From: a virus
Reading direction: 5' to 3' (one strand)
IMG/VR virus record: IMGVR_UViG_3300032267_001484
DNA length: 64,000 nt
Shown here: piece by piece, positions 58,410-64,000 of the stretch
Position numbering within the stretch: the stretch's first letter is position 1
Layout of the letters: each line of letters opens with the position of its first letter
Program-made: the position numbers and the translations under genes
The notes under the pieces: model-generated
Told to the model about the DNA's origin: nothing
Seen by the model: the letters and a program-made list of their open reading frames with translations, nothing else
Database searches by the model: none

Positions 58410-59147
58410 TCATCTTATTGAGTTAACGGTAAGTTTATTATCTTGCCAAACCAAGTATTGGCCTGAGGTATCCATTGTGTCTATAAAATAATATCTGCTA
58501 CCAGTGAATTTATCTGAACCTTCTAAATCTAACTTCTGCATTTGAGTATGGCCTACAACTTGAATGTAATTATTCTTCAACCCTTTAGGATGCTTCTTAT
58601 TTACAGACATTAGTGACCTAGGTCTGATCCAAATTGGTGTTTGAGTTGTATTGTCGCCTGTAGATTCAAACCCATTAAAATCAAATGCTCTAGGTTTATA
58701 TCTAAACATTTCATTTAGGTCTACTACAATGTTTTCAATACTCCAATCATTCTCACCAAACACCTCATCCATAAACACAGGACTTACACCTGCATGAGTG
58801 AATAAATAATCTCCAAAACCATAAGCCATTTGTAGATGATTTCTATTTTCATCTACTACTTGTGTAATTGAAGGGGCTATTTTTGATTGATAACCAGTAG
58901 TTCCAGTATAACCAACTTCAGGAAAATAATGATGATCATGATTACCAATCAACATTACTACCTCAACTTGTGGATTATCTTCCTTATATTTAATAATTTC
59001 TTTGAAGTTAGCAATTTGTTCTACTCCACTAAATTCAAATGAATCAAAATAATCACCTACAAAGATAACTCTATCAGGTTTATCTTGATTAATTGCTAAT
59101 TTCCATGTTGAACGTCCGTGAGTGTCACCTAATACGATTGTTTTCAT
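58410..59147 (-). CDS. Calcineurin-like metallophosphoesterase
   Basis: GDTHG, GDYFD, GNHD, THAG, GHT motifs. Confidence 0.88.
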   Translation of the reverse strand: MKTIVLGDTHGRSTWKLAINQDKPDRVIFVGDYFDSFEFSGVEQIANFKEIIKYKEDNPQVEVVMLIGNHDHHYFPEVGYTGTTGYQSKIAPSITQVVDENRNHLQMAYGFGDYLFTHAGVSPVFMDEVFGENDWSIENIVVDLNEMFRYKPRAFDFNGFESTGDNTTQTPIWIRPRSLMSVNKKHPKGLKNNYIQVVGHTQMQKLDLEGSDKFTGSRYYFIDTMDTSGQYLVWQDNKLTVNSIR

Positions 59148-59992
59148 AGAGTAAAGGTAGAAAAATTATCTTGCCAATCCAAAAGAATGGCAGTTCTATT
59201 TTCTACCCAGTCACCTGTATTAAGGTAATGTGCATTGTTGATTAATCTATCAGCGGGTTGATGTATGTGACCACAAATAACACCATAACATCCATGTTTG
59301 TGAGCCATTTTAATAGCTGTCACTTCAAAATCATTTACATAACTTACTGCTGTTTTAACAGCGGCTTTAATGTTCTGAGATATGGATTGGTAAGGTAATT
59401 TCTTCCATGCCCTATATCTATTATACCAGTAATTACACCAAAGTGCCAAGTCATAACCTACTGAACCTATTTTAGCTAACCAAGTATATTTGGCTATAAA
59501 AATATCTATTACATCACCATGAAATATATAATAATTTCTTTGCTCAAAATTATCACCTGTTATCCATTTTTTAGTGTGTAATATATAATCTTCTCTTACT
59601 TCAATATTACCAAAATGGGCACCTATATATTCAGTTAAAAATTCATCGTGGTTACCTCTAATCCAAATTATCTTTGTTTTATTAGATAATTTAAGTAAAT
59701 AAGATATTGCTTTAGTGTGTTGTTTTTTCCACTTAGAACCTCTATTTAATGCCCAACCATCAATTATATCACCATTCAGTATAAGTAATTCAGTCGGGTG
59801 TGCCTCTAAAAATTCTATAAATTCTTTAGCTTGAGAATCTCTAGTACCTAAGTGTAAATCAGAGGCGATTATTGCTTTATATGGTCTCATAATAGAGTTG
59901 CTAGTTTTAACAGTAGCATCGTTGATATCGATGTTGTCAAAACTATTAACTCGAGATTGATCTTCTTTTTCATTTCCAATAATTGTGGTCAT
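59144..59992 (-). CDS. UDP-2,3-diacylglucosamine diphosphatase (LpxH)-like metallophosphoesterase
   Basis: SDLHLG, GDIIDGW, GNHD, HGD, CGHIH, NTGDW. Confidence 0.8.
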   Translation of the reverse strand: MTTIIGNEKEDQSRVNSFDNIDINDATVKTSNSIMRPYKAIIASDLHLGTRDSQAKEFIEFLEAHPTELLILNGDIIDGWALNRGSKWKKQHTKAISYLLKLSNKTKIIWIRGNHDEFLTEYIGAHFGNIEVREDYILHTKKWITGDNFEQRNYYIFHGDVIDIFIAKYTWLAKIGSVGYDLALWCNYWYNRYRAWKKLPYQSISQNIKAAVKTAVSYVNDFEVTAIKMAHKHGCYGVICGHIHQPADRLINNAHYLNTGDWVENRTAILLDWQDNFSTFTL

Positions 59993-60668
59993 CTTTAAAA
60001 AACTCTGGATTATTTCTATTTAGGAAACTTTGCAAAGCTATTTTTATCATATACCATACACCTTTCTTCTTAAATCGTCTATCTGTAGTATAAACGTTAT
60101 AGCTTGCGATCTTAAATTTATCAGGTTTAACTTTGGAGCTGAGATGGTAATCTTCAGCAAGTTTATCTTCTTCATTAAATCCTCCTAATTGGTTAAAGGT
60201 TTCAGTTTTAAACAACATAAAACCCCCTATTGCTATTGGATGAACCTTAGACAAAAGTATTTGTACGATACTAAATATTTTGTAAACCCAATTATATTCA
60301 TCAGTTAATGTTCTTATATGGCATGTCATTAAAGAGTAATCTTTACTCTTCATATCACTTAAACAATGGCTTAATAAATCAGGTTTAAGTAAATATATGT
60401 CAGCATCAAGAAAAAGAACATAAGGTGTTTTTACTAATTTAGCCCCATTATTACGAGCTACAGATGGTAATCCACCTTTTACTAAGGTTACCAGTTGAGG
60501 AGAACGAGAAACATGATGGTGTAAATAAGCTATATCTTCTTCCCTGTCTGAGGAATCGGCAATTATTATTTGACAATCAATTTTTTGTAAACTAATTAAA
60601 TTGAGAACTTTAATAATATCTCTACCTTCGTTTTTACAGGGTATTACTATGGTAAGTTCTTTATTCAT
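59970..60668 (-). CDS. Glycosyltransferase family 2
   Basis: IVIPCKNE, ARNNGA, FLDAD, GGFNE...ED. Confidence 0.88.
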   Translation of the reverse strand: MNKELTIVIPCKNEGRDIIKVLNLISLQKIDCQIIIADSSDREEDIAYLHHHVSRSPQLVTLVKGGLPSVARNNGAKLVKTPYVLFLDADIYLLKPDLLSHCLSDMKSKDYSLMTCHIRTLTDEYNWVYKIFSIVQILLSKVHPIAIGGFMLFKTETFNQLGGFNEEDKLAEDYHLSSKVKPDKFKIASYNVYTTDRRFKKKGVWYMIKIALQSFLNRNNPEFFKDDHNYWK

Positions 60669-60688
60669 CCCCTATAAATATAGTTTAC

Positions 60689-61459
60689 TTATTCTTTACT
60701 AAACCATCCGAATCGTTTCTTCTTAGGTTCTTCTAATGAATAACCATTTCCAAATTGTTTTGATTTCCTACCATTCCAGTTCTTACCCATTTCATCTACA
60801 GTAGCATTCTCACTATCAAGATGAATACCAATTATCTCAGGTATCAAAACACGATTAACGCGAGACCATTTCTTAGCAAACTGTACATCAGTACGATCAG
60901 CAGCACCGTGTGTTTCAGGATAACGTTTTACTCCTGAGCCATTTGGATTCCAAAGCTGGAAGTAACCTATTGGTTCATAACCTTCACTCATATATTCACC
61001 AATACGAACACCAAATGGGAAGGCACTACCATGAATATAGACCCAACCTGTATGAGATGGATCAGGATTAGTTAAATATTTCTGCCACGCTTCAAAATTA
61101 GGACACATCATCCTATCAATACCATAGATATTTTTATTATCAAGTGAGATACGCCCTAATATACTTCTAGTAAGTGGGGGTAAATATATGTCAGCATCAA
61201 TGTGTAACACCCAATCGTGTTTAGACATATAATCTAACGCTACATTTATACCTCTAGCTTTATTAAAAGGGTCTCCATGTTCTGTAAACTGATTAGTTTT
61301 TAAACACTCAACATTATGGTGTTGACACAAACGTTGTGTTTTAACATCTTCAGGTGTTGTAACAATGATCCAATGATCAAACAACTGTTTGTTGTGAGCG
61401 ATGGTTTGAGCTAGGAAATCGGAATAATTAACACAGACAGTGACTGCTTGTAAGTACAT
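60689..61459 (-). CDS. GT-A-fold glycosyltransferase-like protein
   Basis: FNKARGIN, WVLHIDADI DxD motif, GYFQL. Confidence 0.7.
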   Translation of the reverse strand: MYLQAVTVCVNYSDFLAQTIAHNKQLFDHWIIVTTPEDVKTQRLCQHHNVECLKTNQFTEHGDPFNKARGINVALDYMSKHDWVLHIDADIYLPPLTRSILGRISLDNKNIYGIDRMMCPNFEAWQKYLTNPDPSHTGWVYIHGSAFPFGVRIGEYMSEGYEPIGYFQLWNPNGSGVKRYPETHGAADRTDVQFAKKWSRVNRVLIPEIIGIHLDSENATVDEMGKNWNGRKSKQFGNGYSLEEPKKKRFGWFSKE

Positions 61460-61505
61460 AAACTTGTATTTTCAGATAAATATTAGATTAATTAATTTAC
61501 TAATA

Positions 61506-61859
61506 TTACTTTTGGTTTAATTGTTCAAGAAATTCCCAAGTTGATTTGTAGTCGTAGCAGATTGGGTTACCATTCTCATCTCTAGCTCCGAATGGATCAT
61601 CATTATTATCAACAAGTTTTCCATCAATAAGTTTTTTCTTATTAGTCCAAACTTTAGTTCCATAATCACTCTCCCAACAAAACCAACTATACCACTCATA
61701 TCCTTCTTTACCATATACTTCTTCTACAAGTACAGATATTATTTTATGGTAGTCATCAACAAATTCTACTAAATCTATCCTTAGTTTATAGGCAGCATTT
61801 ACTTGCTCTTCCATCATCTTTTGAGTCGTAATAACCTTGAGGAAATTTTCGTATGTCAT
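61506..61859 (-). CDS. Hypothetical protein
   Basis: ORF track. Confidence 0.6.
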   Translation of the reverse strand: MTYENFLKVITTQKMMEEQVNAAYKLRIDLVEFVDDYHKIISVLVEEVYGKEGYEWYSWFCWESDYGTKVWTNKKKLIDGKLVDNNDDPFGARDENGNPICYDYKSTWEFLEQLNQK

Positions 61860-62059
61860 AGTTTGTTTATTTCTTCTTTTACTTGAGCCAATTCAAATCC
61901 AATTGAATTTTCTTTTAATAACCCAAGTTGATTAAGTTCATTATATAGTGATATTTGTTCATCAACTGCAATGTGACAACACTGCTTTACTGTTTTAATG
62001 TACAAAGGTATATTATAAAACTTTTCATATAATAATTCAGCTTGTTCTTTTGGAGTCAT
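61856..62059 (-). CDS. Hypothetical protein (MTPKE..ELY type)
   Basis: ORF track. Confidence 0.6.
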   Translation of the reverse strand: MTPKEQAELLYEKFYNIPLYIKTVKQCCHIAVDEQISLYNELNQLGLLKENSIGFELAQVKEEINKL

Positions 62060-62060
62060 A

Positions 62061-63143
62061 TTAATTACTTAAAGGTGCTTTAATTACTGGGTGTGATTGA
62101 TAGTTTTCTACTTTAAAGGTAATATCTACATCAAAGGTATTGATAATTTCATTTACTTCTAATAAGTGCCAATTTTCATTACCAGAATTTATTATTAACT
62201 TAGGTAACTCATAAGGTGTTCTTGTGATTTGTTCTTTAGCTTGTTCAATATGGTTGTTATATAAATGCACATCACCTAAATTACCAATCAACTCATCAGG
62301 TATCATATTAACTGCTTTAGCAATGATTTCAAGTAACAATGCGTATGAAGCAATATTGAATGGTAGACCAAGAAACGTATCTACTGAACGTTGGTTCCAC
62401 ATTAATGAGATTGCCCTGGTCGGTATATTATTGTTCTCTAATTCCTTTACAGTATAATACTGTGGTAGTTTATCTTTTTCAGTTAAACCTAAATGTTTAT
62501 CCATAAGTTTAACTCGTTCTGTTTCGTCTAGTTCCCTTGTATAAACTTGAAAACCATAATGACAAGGTGGAAGAACCATTTCGTCAAGGTCTGAACAATT
62601 CCAAGCACTAACCATTAACCTTCTACTATCTGGATTTGTTTTTAGTTCAGAGATTAGGTTTGAAATTTGATCTATCTTTTTAGTAAATGTGAGGTATCTT
62701 TGATTTTCATCTATATACCATTTCTCCCAACTTCTCCACTGCTTACCATATATTGGTCCCAATTCACCAAACTTCTTAGCAAACTCATCATCGGTTTTAA
62801 ATCTTTCTAACCAAACCTCAATCGGCCATGGCTCTAATGTATTATTTTCTTCTCTATAATGCTTACACCAATTTTTATAAGCATCACCATCCCAAATATG
62901 ACAATTGTTATCAACAAGGTATTTGATATTAGTATCGCCTCTCAAGAACCATAACAATTCAGTTACCATTGTTTTAAATGCTACCTTCTTTGTAGTCAAC
63001 AATGGAAATCCTTCCTTCATGTTGTGTCTAATTTGCCAACCGAAGATTGATTTAGTACCTGTACCTGTTCTATCTGCTTTATCTACTCCAAAATGCAGAA
63101 TGTGATCCAATAGCTCTTTATACTGCCGATCTATATTATTCAT
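62061..63143 (-). CDS. thyA: Thymidylate synthase
   Basis: DRTGTGT, FPLLTTK, ELLWF, LGPIYG.QWR, LPPCH, QRSVD.FLGLPFNIASY, HLYNNH. Confidence 0.97.
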   Translation of the reverse strand: MNNIDRQYKELLDHILHFGVDKADRTGTGTKSIFGWQIRHNMKEGFPLLTTKKVAFKTMVTELLWFLRGDTNIKYLVDNNCHIWDGDAYKNWCKHYREENNTLEPWPIEVWLERFKTDDEFAKKFGELGPIYGKQWRSWEKWYIDENQRYLTFTKKIDQISNLISELKTNPDSRRLMVSAWNCSDLDEMVLPPCHYGFQVYTRELDETERVKLMDKHLGLTEKDKLPQYYTVKELENNNIPTRAISLMWNQRSVDTFLGLPFNIASYALLLEIIAKAVNMIPDELIGNLGDVHLYNNHIEQAKEQITRTPYELPKLIINSGNENWHLLEVNEIINTFDVDITFKVENYQSHPVIKAPLSN

Positions 63144-63175
63144 AACTTAATAAATTTAAGACTCTTCCTTTGCCC

Positions 63176-63703
63176 TTAAGAAATCCGATTTTTTAACCTT
63201 GACTTTCGCTTTTTTTTTGCCACTGGAACTTCGTTCACAGCTTCTACTTTTGCAACTACTATAGGTTCCATCTTAGGTGGTTCAGGTTCCGGAACAGGAT
63301 CTGGGTATTTTTGTTTTAATTGCTCATAGAATTCAGCATCGGGATCATAATCTTCTTGTAATTTTCTCTCATTTTTAATTAATTCTGAGTAGAAAAATAT
63401 TGTAATTGGAATGATAGGACTAATAACATTCATAGCAACAAACGCTTGTGTTAGTGCTGGTTCTTGCCAATAATATAATAAATTAATAGCCCAAGATATA
63501 CATCCAAAAAACAATGCTGTGTTGCGTTTACCATACATTGTGAAAACATAAATTGATGTTTCTAATGATACAGCAAATACCCAACTCATAAAATTAGCAA
63601 AATCACCCTTTTCACCTATTAAGTAAAATACATAAGCAGCGTGAGATATCTGTGTTAATAAAGCACAGATAATAACAAAGCGTATAATATTTCTTTTATC
63701 CAT
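63176..63703 (-). CDS. Multi-pass membrane protein
   Basis: Four hydrophobic segments, charged tail. Confidence 0.65.
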   Translation of the reverse strand: MDKRNIIRFVIICALLTQISHAAYVFYLIGEKGDFANFMSWVFAVSLETSIYVFTMYGKRNTALFFGCISWAINLLYYWQEPALTQAFVAMNVISPIIPITIFFYSELIKNERKLQEDYDPDAEFYEQLKQKYPDPVPEPEPPKMEPIVVAKVEAVNEVPVAKKKRKSRLKNRIS

Positions 63704-63811
63704 TTTTATCTTCTATTATATTACCATTATCATCCATAAGTGGAGCATTAACAAATTCATAAACAACCCAAGTAGTACTTAATATGAATCCAATGATTAT
63801 GGGTATAAATA

Positions 63812-63958
63812 TCATAATGTGTTTATTTTATCTTCTTCATCAAATAAATCCTTACCCATATAATCGGGATGATTTTTAGCCATATAATCAATTCCACCTG
63901 CCCAAAGCCAAGCTATTGTTCCTACCATAGCTAATCCTAAAATAATTAATCCCACCAT
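63812..63958 (-). CDS. Small membrane protein (48 aa)
   Basis: Manual translation MVGLIILGLAMVGTIAWLWAGGIDYMAKNHPDYMGKDLFDEEDKINTL. Confidence 0.5.
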   Translation of the reverse strand: MVGLIILGLAMVGTIAWLWAGGIDYMAKNHPDYMGKDLFDEEDKINTL

Positions 63959-64000
63959 CTTCTAATGTTTTGTTCTAGTATTTTAAATAATAATTTATGT

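Larger units (their letters stand above)
3509..61483 (-). promoter_or_regulatory. Dispersed putative late promoter motif ATATTTAT (span of occurrences)
   Basis: Read as ATAAATAT on + at 3509, 5427, 7026, 8811, 14437, 20027, 21203, 24504, 29486, 35432, 38893, 41719, 43689, 44794, 54363, 56282, 60674, 61476, nearly always just upstream of a minus-strand start. Confidence 0.7.
9558..63174 (-). promoter_or_regulatory. Dispersed putative early/middle promoter G(G/T)CARA-N(9-10)-TAnnTT(C/T)A (span of occurrences)
   Basis: More than 20 copies upstream of starts, e.g. near 9560, 11815, 26560, 45271, 45773, 47562, 48400, 49597, 50722, 50953, 51115, 51443, 51917, 52661, 53346, 55225, 56892, 63151; reversed copy at 43749 before the only + strand gene. 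Confidence 0.75.

Noticed and set aside
9551-61714. Alternate-frame minus-strand ORFs (9551-9763, 19025-19213, 51163-51375, 51768-51959, 61517-61714)
   Set aside because: Nested out of frame in better-supported genes.
2781-63105. Numerous + strand ORFs in the track (e.g. 3534-3992, 12492-12839, 39112-39522, 48934-49455)
   Set aside because: Antisense shadows of well-supported minus-strand genes, without promoters or recognisable motifs.
62061-63143. Intron or intein in thyA (longer than typical)
   Set aside because: The ORF is continuous; extra length comes from short insertions without intein terminal motifs.
1-64000. CRISPR array or tRNA genes
   Set aside because: No regularly spaced direct repeats with unique spacers and no tRNA cloverleaf/T-loop signature seen by eye; not confirmed by a scanner.
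1-64000. Stop-codon reassignment as seen in some large phages
   Set aside because: Core genes are intact under the standard code, and TAG and TGA both terminate genes at sensible positions.

Overview
This 64 kb window is part of a large, AT-rich, T4-like (myovirus-type) bacteriophage genome with almost all genes on the minus strand. The host is probably a Bacteroidota species: -7 elements resemble TAnnTTTG, Shine-Dalgarno motifs are absent, and start contexts are A-rich with TAATG overlaps. From left to right it contains head/packaging genes (portal, terminase) among many putative internal-head proteins; a nucleotidyltransferase cluster, exonuclease and primase; a baseplate/tail module with a GH19 endolysin and a gp55-like late sigma factor; an accessory region (about 44-58 kb) of tiny genes, most with their own promoter; and metabolic genes (phosphoesterases, glycosyltransferases, thyA). 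The most striking feature is a 1.27 kb block (45993-47260) whose coding strand is essentially cytosine-free (6 C in 1268 nt, only one inside a coding sequence). It encodes five small acidic proteins that almost entirely lack Ala, Pro, Thr, His and Gln, and may be an anti-defence cassette expressed without CTP or lacking C/G-containing target sites. All calls come from reading motifs by eye; no database searches were run.
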